This document shows, one piece after another, positions 45,101-53,662 of a DNA stretch of 64,000 nt (the stretch's first letter is position 1; every line of letters starts with the position of its first letter). The position numbers and the translations under genes are program-made. This stretch comes from a virus (taxonomy: Duplodnaviria > Caudoviricetes): positions 3,469 to 67,468 of IMG/VR virus record IMGVR_UViG_3300029305_000878; one strand, given 5' to 3'. The notes beneath the pieces were generated by a model that was not told the origin of the DNA, did not search any database, and saw only the letters and a program-made list of their open reading frames with translations.

Positions 45101-46231
45101 AGTATCGTAGCCGAAGAACTTTTCGGTAAAGAGTACACTGCTAGATTTAAAGAAATTATGGATGCCCGTTTGGCAGTCAAGCATAAAGACTTCGAAAAGG
45201 CAAGGACTATGCTGAACGGCGCTCTTGCTAAGTACTTAACGGATGAAGCGAGTGCGAAGGCATTGGCCGGGGCTTTGAAGATAGCGATCAACTCGGTTTA
45301 TGGGTTGACTTCGGCTAAATTCGATAATCCGTTCAACGATCCTCGTAACAAGGATAATATCGTGGCTAAGCGTGGCGCGTTATTCATGATCAACTTAAAG
45401 CACATGGTTCAGAAGATGGGCTATACCGTAGCTCACATCAAGACGGACTCAATCAAGATCCCGAACGCTACTCCGGATATTATCAAGTTCGTTATGGATT
45501 ACGGCAAACAGTACGGATACACCTTTGAACATGAGGCTACGTACGACAAGATGTGTCTGGTAAATGACGCGGTTTATATTGCTAAGTATAACGATGGTCC
45601 ACACGAATTTAAATTACCGACGGGCGAGAAAGTCATGACTGAATGGACGGCTACCGGTACTCAATTCCAAGTTCCATACGTATTCAAGAACTTATTTAGC
45701 AAGACACCAGTAGTATTCCCAGACGTATGCGAGACTAAGTCGGTAACCACATCTTTATATTTGGACATGAACGAAAGCTTGCCTGAGGATGAGCATAATT
45801 ACGTGTTCGTTGGTAGGGTTGGTCAGTTCTGTCCTATCAAGCCAGGGCATGGCGGTGGCATCTTATGCCGCGAAGGCAAAGACAAAGAAGGAAACGTCAA
45901 GTACAGCTCTGCTACAGGAGCGAAAGGTTACAGATGGCTTGAGTCCGAGCTTGTCAAAGAACTCGATAAGAGCGATTCGATCGATCGTTCTTACTACAAC
46001 AAAATGGTAGATGACGCGGTCGATTCCATCTCGCAATACGGCAACTTCGAATGGTTTGTTTCGGAGGATCCGTACGTTATGGGAAAGACTGAAACCTTAC
46101 CTTGGCAGCTGCCTTGTGGTGATGAGACTTACAGCTCATGCAAGGAATGTCCAAACTTTACCGACGATGAATACCATTGCGATTGCCGATTAGGCTTTGA
46201 TATTTCGAATGTTATTCATAGAAAAAATTAA
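42164..46231 (+). CDS. Fused SF3 helicase - primase (AEP/NrS-1-like) - 3'-5' exonuclease - family B DNA polymerase
   Basis: Walker A GAAGTGKST; primase ELSKSGQGIHLHY and DFD; ExoI FYDVEVF, ExoII GFNCRRYD, ExoIII YCDNDV; PolB DIASMHPS, KIAINSVYG, HIKTDS. Confidence 0.88.
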   Translation: MIDFLKISTRNPKKDVVEIYPKFIVGKSADLMIRGGDFYAIWIEELGLWSTDEEDAIRLIDGELKKYSDDYKKTHDCIVKTLYLWDSDSGMIDKWHRYCQKQQRDSFHMLDENLIFSNSETNKKDYASKRLNYPLEPGDISAYEKLISTLYSEEERQKIEWAIGSIISGDSKHIQKFMVLYGAAGTGKSTILNIIQQLFEGYYSVFDAKALGSSSNSFALEAFKTNPLVAIQHDGDLSKIEDNTRLNSLVSHELMTVNEKFKSTYSSRFKCFLFMGTNKPVKITDAKSGLIRRLIDVSPSGNKLSPKEYKQIMKQVTFELGHIAYHCQEVYLSDPGLYDDYIPISMLGASNDFYNFIIDSYHIFLKDDGTTLKAAWEMYKTYCDEAKVPYPFSQRNFKEELKNYFWEYNDRFNLEDGSRVRSYYSGFRTDKFDNQSNKKKKEPKPKILSFDCTESIFDTECADCPAQYATSKETPSKKWDEVSSKLSKLDTSRLHYVKVPENHIVIDFDIPDKDGNKCFELNLEEACKFPPTYAELSKSGQGIHLHYIYNGDVSKLSRVYDDHIEVKVFTGGSSLRRKLTKCNDLPIATISSGLPLKGESKMMNFEGVKNEKALRTLIKRNLNKEYHGATKPSVDFIFSSLEDAYNSGMKYDVSDMYNAVLAFAASSTNQADACLKLVRKMHFKSDEPSDNLEVGNDIPIVFYDVEVFPNLFLVNWKYQGKDNPVVRMINPKSTDIEELLKFRLVGFNCRRYDNHMLYARLMGYDNQAMYNLSQKIVNGNGGMFGEAYNISYTDVYDFAATKQSLKKWEIELGIHHQELGLPWDQPVPEEMWTKVAEYCDNDVIATEAVFDHLDADFTARKILADVAGMTVNDTTNSLTTRIIFGSNRKPQDQFNYRDMGDETQCAAKGSKIGGVIYDNYGDKFTVFTKDGKPVFPGYKFEAGKSTYRGEEVGEGGYVYSEPGMYGNVALLDIASMHPSSIVAEELFGKEYTARFKEIMDARLAVKHKDFEKARTMLNGALAKYLTDEASAKALAGALKIAINSVYGLTSAKFDNPFNDPRNKDNIVAKRGALFMINLKHMVQKMGYTVAHIKTDSIKIPNATPDIIKFVMDYGKQYGYTFEHEATYDKMCLVNDAVYIAKYNDGPHEFKLPTGEKVMTEWTATGTQFQVPYVFKNLFSKTPVVFPDVCETKSVTTSLYLDMNESLPEDEHNYVFVGRVGQFCPIKPGHGGGILCREGKDKEGNVKYSSATGAKGYRWLESELVKELDKSDSIDRSYYNKMVDDAVDSISQYGNFEWFVSEDPYVMGKTETLPWQLPCGDETYSSCKECPNFTDDEYHCDCRLGFDISNVIHRKN

Positions 46232-46252
46232 AATAAAAAGGAGAAATCTATA

Positions 46253-46714
46253 ATGAAAGTAACTTATGCACCAAGAGGAATTCTTCAAATCGATGACGCA
46301 AAAATTATATTTCGCAACTTTGCGGGGGCTCAAAGCAAATACAACCGTGAAGGCGATCGTAACTTTGCATGGGTGATCGAAGACGAAGAAACTGCAAAAA
46401 TCCTTGACGAAGAAGGCTGGAACATTAAAGTTAAGCCGCCTCGTGATGAGGATGATACTCCGCTTATGTTCTTACCGGTTAAGATTAAATTCAATGAGCG
46501 CGGACCGGCTGTTTACCTCAAGACCGGCGGAAATATGGTAAAACTCGATGAAGACGACATCGGTCTTATCGATAACGTTGATATTCTCTCCGTAAGCATG
46601 GATATTCGCCCGTTCGATTGGGAAGTTAACGGTAAGACCGGCAGAAGCGCGTACCTGCAATCCATTTGTGTAACACAGGACGTCGACAGATTCGCAGTAG
46701 ATTACAAAGGTTAA
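46253..46714 (+). CDS. Single-stranded DNA-binding protein
   Basis: Follows the polymerase; IIFRNFAG...GDRNF, beta-rich, acidic-aromatic end. Confidence 0.65.
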   Translation: MKVTYAPRGILQIDDAKIIFRNFAGAQSKYNREGDRNFAWVIEDEETAKILDEEGWNIKVKPPRDEDDTPLMFLPVKIKFNERGPAVYLKTGGNMVKLDEDDIGLIDNVDILSVSMDIRPFDWEVNGKTGRSAYLQSICVTQDVDRFAVDYKG

Positions 46715-46724
46715 CGATACATAA

Positions 46725-46765
46725 GGCTGGCGCTGAGTAACATCGGTGCTGGCCTTAATTTATAT
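46725..46765 (+). terminator. Stem-loop after SSB
   Basis: AAGGCTGGCGCTGA gtaaaca TCGGTGCTGGCCTT followed by an AT-rich run. Confidence 0.6.
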
Positions 46766-46782
46766 TTAGGAGGCGGTTCCTC

Positions 46783-47163
46783 ATGAACCACGAAACAGAA
46801 AAGCAAATTAAAACGTACGACAACAAAGTATTCGGGTTTAAGGTTTCTGATTATGGTTTGGAGAATGGATATTTAGATTACTACACGCTTTCTAAAATGG
46901 TAGGCGATTCCGTTTTAAACAACGCCATCGTGCCGTATATCGGTCATTACGAATGGGAACTTGTTAACGGATGCGAAGAAGACGAGGACGGATGGTATGA
47001 AGTTTACCAGTATTATATTATCACTGATTCTGGTGCAGAACTTCTACAGGAGTATACGGACGAAATCGTATATTACCATCACGACCTCGACATGTATGTG
47101 TGGGGCATCACACACTTTGGTACTAGCTGGGATCATGTGTTAACGGATATTAAACTTGTATAA
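46783..47163 (+). CDS. Hypothetical acidic protein (126 aa)
   Basis: AGGAGG RBS. Confidence 0.75.
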   Translation: MNHETEKQIKTYDNKVFGFKVSDYGLENGYLDYYTLSKMVGDSVLNNAIVPYIGHYEWELVNGCEEDEDGWYEVYQYYIITDSGAELLQEYTDEIVYYHHDLDMYVWGITHFGTSWDHVLTDIKLV

Positions 47164-47178
47164 AGGAGCTGACCAGAA

Positions 47179-47388
47179 ATGGGAAGACGAATAATAGTTA
47201 ATAACAAATGCCCACTATGTGGCGGAGTGGTTGAGCAGGTGCCCGACAACATACTGAAGCAAAATCCGCACCACAATAACGCGGAGCTTGTCGTAACTAG
47301 AAGAGGGCTAAAACAATATATTCATAGCTCTTGTTGGTACGACATGATTAAAAACAAGCAGCCTTACAATGGGCGGATGTATGTGTAA
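47179..47388 (+). CDS. Small zinc-binding protein
   Basis: CPLCG ... HSSC. Confidence 0.65.
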   Translation: MGRRIIVNNKCPLCGGVVEQVPDNILKQNPHHNNAELVVTRRGLKQYIHSSCWYDMIKNKQPYNGRMYV

Positions 47389-47398
47389 AGGAGAAACA

Positions 47399-47566
47399 AT
47401 GAACGAAGACGGTTACAAAGAAGTATATTTCGATCAATATTGCAAGTCTTGTAAGCATCATGAAAAAAAGGATACGGACGAGCCTTGCAACGAATGCTTA
47501 GAGAACCCGATAAACCAGTTTTCCCACAAGCCAGTTAAGTGGGAGGCTGGTAAAACAACTAAATGA
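47399..47566 (+). CDS. Small Cys-rich protein (55 aa)
   Basis: AAAGGAG RBS; CKSCKH...CNEC. Confidence 0.7.
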   Translation: MNEDGYKEVYFDQYCKSCKHHEKKDTDEPCNECLENPINQFSHKPVKWEAGKTTK

Positions 47567-47629
47567 TAACTGAAAAAGGGCGGCGGGCAGTTTGCGTCCC
47601 CTTTTCCGTTTGTCTAAAGGAGATATGAC

Positions 47630-48835
47630 TTGTTGGTAATAGAGTTATACGACCATCAAAAGGCAGCCATAAAAAAGATGAAGGATGGGTGCATACTTAA
47701 TGGCGGGGTTGGCTCGGGCAAGTCTCGAACCGGTCTCGCTTATTATTTTATACAAAATGGTGGCAGTCTGGATCCTTACAAGCCCATGAAGAAACCGAAA
47801 GATCTTTATATTATCACGACGGCTCTGAAGAGAGATACTCTTGAGTGGGAAGATGAACTATGTACATATGTTATGTCGACCGATCCAAGGCTGAATCCGT
47901 ACGGTAATAAGATAGTGGTAGATTCGTGGAATAACATAAAGAAGTACGTTGACGTAAAGGACGCTTTCTTTATATTTGACGAGGATCGAGTTACAGGTAG
48001 CGGTGTATGGGTTAAATCATTCCTAAAGATCGTAAAGAGTAATCGGTGGATTATATTATCTGCAACGGCTGGGGATACGTGGATGGAATACGTTCCGGTG
48101 TTCATAGCGAATGGATTCTACAAAAACAAGACTCAATTCTGCAGAGAACACGTTATATATTCTCGATTCACGAAGTATCCGAAAGTTGATAGATATATAG
48201 GTACCGGAAAATTGCTGAAACTACGAGAATCAATACTTGTCGATATGGACTTCGAACGACCTACTACAGCTCATAACGAAGATATTTACACTCGGTATAA
48301 TGTATCGTTGTATAAAGATACGATGAAGAATCGTTGGGACCCGTTTAAGAACGAACCGGTCATTAATGCCAGCGGCCTTTGTTATATTCTGAGAAAGATA
48401 GTCAACTCGGATGAGTCCAGGCAAGTGAAGTTACTGGAGATATTGGAAGATCACCCTCGAGCCATTATATTCTACAATTTTGACTACGAGCTGGAGATAC
48501 TGCGGAATCTCGCTTATAGAGACGGAACGAAAATTGCAGAGTGGAATGGTCATAATCACGAGCCGATACCAGAAGGAGACAAGTGGGTCTACCTGGTTCA
48601 ATATGCTGCTTGTGAGGGCTGGAATTGCATCAAAACCGACACGATTATATTCTATTCACAAAATTACTCGTATAAGGTTATGGTGCAAGCATCGGGGAGA
48701 ATAGACCGCCTAAACACGCCATACAAGGATTTATATTACTACCATCTAAAAAGCCGATCAGGCATCGACCTGGCAATTAGTAAAGCTTTGGCTGCTAAGA
48801 AACAGTTCAATGCCACTCGCTGGTTGAAGTGGTAG
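47630..48835 (+). CDS. SF2 (SNF2/DEAD-like) helicase
   Basis: LYDHQ, GGVGSGKS, FIFDE, ILSAT, EGWNC, QASGRIDR. Confidence 0.88.
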   Translation: MLVIELYDHQKAAIKKMKDGCILNGGVGSGKSRTGLAYYFIQNGGSLDPYKPMKKPKDLYIITTALKRDTLEWEDELCTYVMSTDPRLNPYGNKIVVDSWNNIKKYVDVKDAFFIFDEDRVTGSGVWVKSFLKIVKSNRWIILSATAGDTWMEYVPVFIANGFYKNKTQFCREHVIYSRFTKYPKVDRYIGTGKLLKLRESILVDMDFERPTTAHNEDIYTRYNVSLYKDTMKNRWDPFKNEPVINASGLCYILRKIVNSDESRQVKLLEILEDHPRAIIFYNFDYELEILRNLAYRDGTKIAEWNGHNHEPIPEGDKWVYLVQYAACEGWNCIKTDTIIFYSQNYSYKVMVQASGRIDRLNTPYKDLYYYHLKSRSGIDLAISKALAAKKQFNATRWLKW

Positions 48836-48876
48836 GCAGAATTAAAACTTAATAATTTAAAAGGAAGGAAACTAAG

Positions 48877-49242
48877 ATGGATGATATTTGGTGGTTCGAG
48901 CCGAAACGATGCGCGAAATGCGGAAAAGAAATATTCATCTATGATAAAGACTGGGCTTATAAAGACCACCGTGGATATTATTGTTCTTGGTCTTGTCTTA
49001 GGTCTATGGAAAAACAAGAGAAAAAACAAGACCCTAATCGTAAGAAAGTAGAGCAGCTCAATTTAAGCGGCGAGATAGTGGCTACTTACGATAACTATGA
49101 TGATGCTGCTTTTGCGGTTTCCGGATGCACGAACTGCGTCGTATTAGCATGCAAAGGTAAGTATAGAGGTGATGACGGCCACAGGTACAAGGGATATTTA
49201 TGGAGGTATAAAGAAAATGATGTGTCAAAAGTGCAAGAGTGA
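48877..49242 (+). CDS. Zinc-finger + NUMOD1-like HTH protein
   Basis: CAKCGK...YCSWSC; VEQLNLSGEIVATY...YKGYLWRY. Confidence 0.6.
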   Translation: MDDIWWFEPKRCAKCGKEIFIYDKDWAYKDHRGYYCSWSCLRSMEKQEKKQDPNRKKVEQLNLSGEIVATYDNYDDAAFAVSGCTNCVVLACKGKYRGDDGHRYKGYLWRYKENDVSKVQE

Positions 49243-49408
49243 AAAAATAAAAACTCTTGCTGAGGTAGATGTTACCTGGAACGAGATTTATAGAAAGAAG
49301 AAATGTCTTGGATGCGGACGGATATTCTACACATCCGAATTCGAGGTGGAGCCGAACGAACGCTTTATGAAAGAATGGGCTCTGTACGGCTTCAAAGCAA
49401 AGAAATGA
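49217..49408 (+). CDS. NrdR-N-terminus-like zinc ribbon protein
   Basis: CQKC...YRKKKCLGCGRIFYTSE. Confidence 0.6.
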   Translation: MMCQKCKSEKIKTLAEVDVTWNEIYRKKKCLGCGRIFYTSEFEVEPNERFMKEWALYGFKAKK

Positions 49409-49464
49409 GAAATCTAAAAAAAAGAAGGAGAGGATCATATTCAAATAATGGAGGAAAATTATTA

Positions 49465-50454
49465 ATGGTTACTTGGCAACGAAAAGCTTTGGAGATGAGC
49501 GCATTCGGCATGAGGGCCTGCGAGATTCATAGCGCACTTAACGAATATGGATATTCTTGTACGTATGACGCTGTGCAAGGGTATCTTTATAGGCTTAAGA
49601 AAAAGAACAGCGATCTGTCACCATTTAGCATACCATCACAATCTGCAGCAGAAAAAAGAGTTGCGGTTCAAAACCAGGAACCGAACATCGTAAGCTCTAA
49701 GTGGGATGGCACTAAAACTATTAAGTTCGCCATCATGGGCGACACTCAACTCGGCAGTAAGTACGCTCAAATTACATATTTGCATGAATTCTATGACCTT
49801 TGCGCGAAGGAAGGTATCACCGATGTTTATCATACTGGCGATATGGTGGACGGTCTCAAGATGCGTGTCGGTCATGAGTACGAACTTTACGTATCTTCTG
49901 CGGACGACATGCGCGATGACGTGGTTAAGAACTATCCTTGTAAACCCGGCATTACTACGTATTTCATCAGTGGTAACCACGATGCAAGTATTTACAAGCA
50001 AGTCGGCTATGATATTTGCCAGGCGATTGCGAATGCTAGGCCCGATATGAAGTATCTCGGTAGAGACTGCGCGGTGATCAACCTTACTCCGAAATGCACG
50101 CTGGAACTCAGACATCCTTGGGACGGAACCGCATATGCGTTGAGCTATAAAGTTCAGAAGATGGTTGAAGCAATGGAGAGCGATTCGAAACCTAATATTC
50201 TTGCGGTTGGTCACTATCATAAAGCGGAATATTTATTCTATCGCAACGTGCATGTCTTACAAACCGGCTGCTTCCAAGGACAAACGCCTTTCACGAGAGG
50301 TAAGGGCATTTCCGTACATCTTGGCGGATGGATTGTTGAGGTTAGAGTAGATAGCGAAGGCACTATTCAGAGCTTTAAACAGGAGTTTGTTCCGTTCTAC
50401 AAGTCGATTAAGGACGACTACAAGAAATGGAAAACTGTACAAACGAAAGGATGA
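49465..50454 (+). CDS. Calcineurin-like metallophosphoesterase with N-terminal HTH-like segment
   Basis: GDTQLGS, HTGDMVDG, SGNHD, LRHP, GHYH. Confidence 0.88.
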   Translation: MVTWQRKALEMSAFGMRACEIHSALNEYGYSCTYDAVQGYLYRLKKKNSDLSPFSIPSQSAAEKRVAVQNQEPNIVSSKWDGTKTIKFAIMGDTQLGSKYAQITYLHEFYDLCAKEGITDVYHTGDMVDGLKMRVGHEYELYVSSADDMRDDVVKNYPCKPGITTYFISGNHDASIYKQVGYDICQAIANARPDMKYLGRDCAVINLTPKCTLELRHPWDGTAYALSYKVQKMVEAMESDSKPNILAVGHYHKAEYLFYRNVHVLQTGCFQGQTPFTRGKGISVHLGGWIVEVRVDSEGTIQSFKQEFVPFYKSIKDDYKKWKTVQTKG

Positions 50455-50639
50455 CACCTGAAGAATTTAAGAAAGAGATGGAAGACGCTAGTAAAGCTAG
50501 ATACATAGATAGCGGTCGTCCTAATGTCAAAGAAATAGAAAGGCGTATGATCCGTACAATGTGTGATCTTTTAAGAGATCTTGGTTACGGAGAAGGTATT
50601 GATATTTTCGAGAACCCGTTAAAGTGGTTCACAAAATAA
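50451..50639 (+). CDS. Hypothetical protein
   Basis: GAAAGG RBS; overlaps upstream stop. Confidence 0.65.
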   Translation: MTPEEFKKEMEDASKARYIDSGRPNVKEIERRMIRTMCDLLRDLGYGEGIDIFENPLKWFTK

Positions 50640-50661
50640 AAAAAAATAGGAGAAAGGAAAG

Positions 50662-50952
50662 ATGAAAAAAAGAAGCAGAACTTTATTGAAAATAATCGCA
50701 ATGGCAGGCATGTTTGCAGCATTTACGTTTCCCGGATGCGCAAGCTGCGAAAGAGTATTTAAGTCTTGTCAATCTGACGTAAGCGGCGGGCTGCACAGAA
50801 TCGTCAACGTGTATACGCACGACGGTCAACTGTTGGCTACGTATGAGGGCAAGATTGATATCGACAATAACGAAAACGGCTCTATCATGTTCGATATGGA
50901 CGGTAAGCGTTACGTATATTACAACGCTATTATCGAGGTAATTGAGAAATGA
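50662..50952 (+). CDS. Putative lipoprotein / secreted protein
   Basis: Basic N-terminus, hydrophobic core, FPGC lipobox-like. Confidence 0.6.
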   Translation: MKKRSRTLLKIIAMAGMFAAFTFPGCASCERVFKSCQSDVSGGLHRIVNVYTHDGQLLATYEGKIDIDNNENGSIMFDMDGKRYVYYNAIIEVIEK

Positions 50953-51269
50953 AAATTGATACGAAGATAAAAGCCGACCTTAATTCTACCGAAATAATGA
51001 AACTGGTCAACCAGACTATCGATGAAGCCATGACTAAGAAAAACAGGAGTGTCAGTATGTTCATTTGCAATGGACATGTAAAAATGGATATATATCCCTA
51101 CACCGAAACTACTCCGCACTGGATTGAGAAAAAAGGAGATAAGTATATTAGCGATCGCTATATCTGTTCGGAATGCGGGTTTGCATGGGATCACATATCA
51201 CCCCACTGCCCTATGTGCGGCGAACAGCTGAACATGAATACGGAGGTACCTGGTGAACCGAAAGTTTAA
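50949..51269 (+). CDS. Zinc-ribbon protein
   Basis: YICSECG...HCPMCGE. Confidence 0.7.
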   Translation: MKIDTKIKADLNSTEIMKLVNQTIDEAMTKKNRSVSMFICNGHVKMDIYPYTETTPHWIEKKGDKYISDRYICSECGFAWDHISPHCPMCGEQLNMNTEVPGEPKV

Positions 51270-51474
51270 AGTGACCTACCAGGATAAAGCCTTGAATAAG
51301 ATTGTCACTTTTATACGAACCAGTACTTGGTCACATGCGATCATCGAAGCTTTAAGTGTTAAGAAAGCAGATCATAAGCTTTTAACGATCGAATGGAGTG
51401 TTGGTAAAACTCGCGCTAAGTACGATGCAACTACTGGGGTAACCAGCGTCGACGTGGAAACGTTGATGGATTGA
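51253..51474 (+). CDS. Hypothetical protein
   Basis: GGAGGT RBS; operon context. Confidence 0.65.
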   Translation: MNRKFKVTYQDKALNKIVTFIRTSTWSHAIIEALSVKKADHKLLTIEWSVGKTRAKYDATTGVTSVDVETLMD

Positions 51475-51495
51475 TATTTAATAGGAGAAAAAAGA

Positions 51496-51918
51496 ATGGT
51501 AAAAGAGATTGTAAAGGATGAAGCTGTATTACGCAAGGCGAGTGAAAAGTTTATATTCGGTGATGATGATCATATTATCCAAGATTTGATCGACACCGCT
51601 AATGCGCACGCTCAAGAATGTGCAGGTCTTGCAGCTGTACAAATTGGCTACCATAAGAATGCTTTCGTGGTTTGGAATAAAGATAAAAAACGCTATGTTC
51701 CTTTCATAAACCCCAGGATAATTCTGCGTGGTGGCGGTACATATAAGACTTATGAACGTTGTCTCAGTGTTGATGGTGAACATGAAGTAATGCGCCATAA
51801 CAACGTTTCACTCATATACTACAGCACTAAAGGCGAACGTAAGAGTGTCGGCGCTACGGGTTATTACGCCCAGGTTATTCAGCATGAGTACGATCATCTG
51901 AATGGCGGATTATTATAA
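51496..51918 (+). CDS. def: Peptide deformylase
   Basis: GLAAVQIG, ERCLS, QHEYDHLNG motifs. Confidence 0.92.
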   Translation: MVKEIVKDEAVLRKASEKFIFGDDDHIIQDLIDTANAHAQECAGLAAVQIGYHKNAFVVWNKDKKRYVPFINPRIILRGGGTYKTYERCLSVDGEHEVMRHNNVSLIYYSTKGERKSVGATGYYAQVIQHEYDHLNGGLL

Positions 51919-51930
51919 GGAGAAAAAAGA

Positions 51931-52272
51931 ATGATAGAAAAAAAGAGTTATAAGTTCATTGCGGAAATAGACGGCGGTAATCTTAAGTTTTGGGCTGATA
52001 ACCAAGGGTTCAGCGCTTTAGAGATTGTCACACTTCATGAAATGAAGAAGCAGGATATTCTCAAGCAACTTATGGAGCCTGCATCGTTTGTTCGTAAAGC
52101 TACGGAAGAGAACGGTAAGAAAGTCACGGAGATTGTCGATAATCCCGTCCACGAAGCATACTCACTTCTGGAAAAAATCACGAATAAAAGCGAAACGGAA
52201 ATCGATGTAGCAGAGGTTATGAGCGCTATTGAAGATGCGGTTGGATATCTCGGGGAGGCTTTGGATAAGTGA
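51931..52272 (+). CDS. Hypothetical protein
   Basis: AAGGAG RBS. Confidence 0.7.
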   Translation: MIEKKSYKFIAEIDGGNLKFWADNQGFSALEIVTLHEMKKQDILKQLMEPASFVRKATEENGKKVTEIVDNPVHEAYSLLEKITNKSETEIDVAEVMSAIEDAVGYLGEALDK

Positions 52273-52484
52273 GTAAGTTAGTTTATACCCATTGTAGTGA
52301 AGAACTCAACGAAAAAGTAGCTGAGCTAATGGAAGATTATAAAAAGCTTGTGAAAAAAGCGAAGAACTTCGGCTTGGATATTCGTCTTTACCCTGAGAGC
52401 GATACACTCGTGTTATATTTCAACGACGATTATCCGGATACGTTACTGGTGGATAAAGCGTTGTCTGCTATGAGGAGGATCTAA
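52269..52484 (+). CDS. Hypothetical protein
   Basis: GGAGG RBS; GTGA overlap. Confidence 0.65.
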   Translation: MSKLVYTHCSEELNEKVAELMEDYKKLVKKAKNFGLDIRLYPESDTLVLYFNDDYPDTLLVDKALSAMRRI

Positions 52485-52792
52485 TGAGCGATAAAGTTTA
52501 TATTAATGACTTTTGCGAGGATCTGAATTATACAGGCGTTATTCTGTATATCGGTAATGTAGACACCGCTAAGTTGCGTAAGGTTTTAGAAAAAACTTAC
52601 CTTAATAAACTGTATCGCTTTGACTGGGCATGTGAATTTGAGAATCCAGCTATGAAGAATTTCATTTACGTAGAAAACTGCGATCTTCAAGAGTTATGTC
52701 GCCCAGTGTGCAGTTATATTGAGGACGGATACGATGTCTACGTGTTATACGAAGAGAATGACGGTAGATATTACATCAAGCGCAAATTATAA
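52484..52792 (+). CDS. Hypothetical protein
   Basis: GAGGAGG RBS; TAATG overlap. Confidence 0.7.
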   Translation: MSDKVYINDFCEDLNYTGVILYIGNVDTAKLRKVLEKTYLNKLYRFDWACEFENPAMKNFIYVENCDLQELCRPVCSYIEDGYDVYVLYEENDGRYYIKRKL

Positions 52793-52801
52793 GGAGAAAA
52801 A

Positions 52802-53020
52802 ATGGCTATAACATTGGACGTCAACGACTATTGTCAAAACTGTCGTCACTTCGAACCGGACGTTGAGAAGAACGGCGATGAAATTACATATTTTGATCAC
52901 GACATAAATGAGTTCAAATCTCTCACCAGCTTCGACACTGTTATTCGTTGTAAGGGTCGAGCAAAGTGTAAAGAGATTATGAGATTCTTAAAAGCTAATA
53001 AGGAGAAAAAAGAAAAATGA
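52802..53020 (+). CDS. Small Cys-containing hypothetical protein
   Basis: YCQNCRHF...CKGRAKC. Confidence 0.7.
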   Translation: MAITLDVNDYCQNCRHFEPDVEKNGDEITYFDHDINEFKSLTSFDTVIRCKGRAKCKEIMRFLKANKEKKEK

Positions 53021-53307
53021 CGAATAAAGAATTGTTGCTGTTGCTCGAAAAAGCTTTGTTAAAGAAGGTAAGTATGGAGGGCGTGATTGACCCAAGAGAT
53101 GTCGAAGGTGTTATCGCTCACTATATGTACGAGATTGATAACGAACCTAAGCCTGTTGAGAAGTTTATATTTGTTGAGGACGGCTCGGTGGACGTGGATG
53201 AACTGATTGAGTCTTTGAATATGACCAACCCGGAAATCAAGGTGGTCGTATATCGTCAAGGCGCTAGATCGCCTGAATTGGTTGAGGTCAAGGAGGGCAC
53301 GAAATGA
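53017..53307 (+). CDS. Hypothetical protein
   Basis: AAGGAG RBS; ATGA overlap. Confidence 0.7.
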   Translation: MTNKELLLLLEKALLKKVSMEGVIDPRDVEGVIAHYMYEIDNEPKPVEKFIFVEDGSVDVDELIESLNMTNPEIKVVVYRQGARSPELVEVKEGTK

Positions 53308-53636
53308 CATTATTCCAAAAAGATATGCTGGATAAGTACGGGATCGAGATCAGTATAAGTACGGATGAGAATCCTTGCATACATATCAAAGATTCATATA
53401 AGGTTACGAAAAAGGACGACATGATCGAAATCATGGGTTTGATTTGGTTTTACCATTTTAACGAGTTATATGGGGCCGGCTTTGATAGAACGTGGAGAAG
53501 CTGCCTCAGAGAATGGAAGGCTCATAACTTCCTGTATAAGATCGGGTACAGACGTGAGCGGACTGGCTCGGTTGATATCGATCAGAAAGAGCCGATGTGG
53601 CGTAGATTCATTTATGCTATTTTGAGCATATTTTAA
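53304..53636 (+). CDS. Hypothetical protein
   Basis: AAGGAGG RBS; ATGA overlap. Confidence 0.7.
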   Translation: MTLFQKDMLDKYGIEISISTDENPCIHIKDSYKVTKKDDMIEIMGLIWFYHFNELYGAGFDRTWRSCLREWKAHNFLYKIGYRRERTGSVDIDQKEPMWRRFIYAILSIF

Positions 53637-53662
53637 TAAAAAATAATAGGAGAAAAAGAAAG

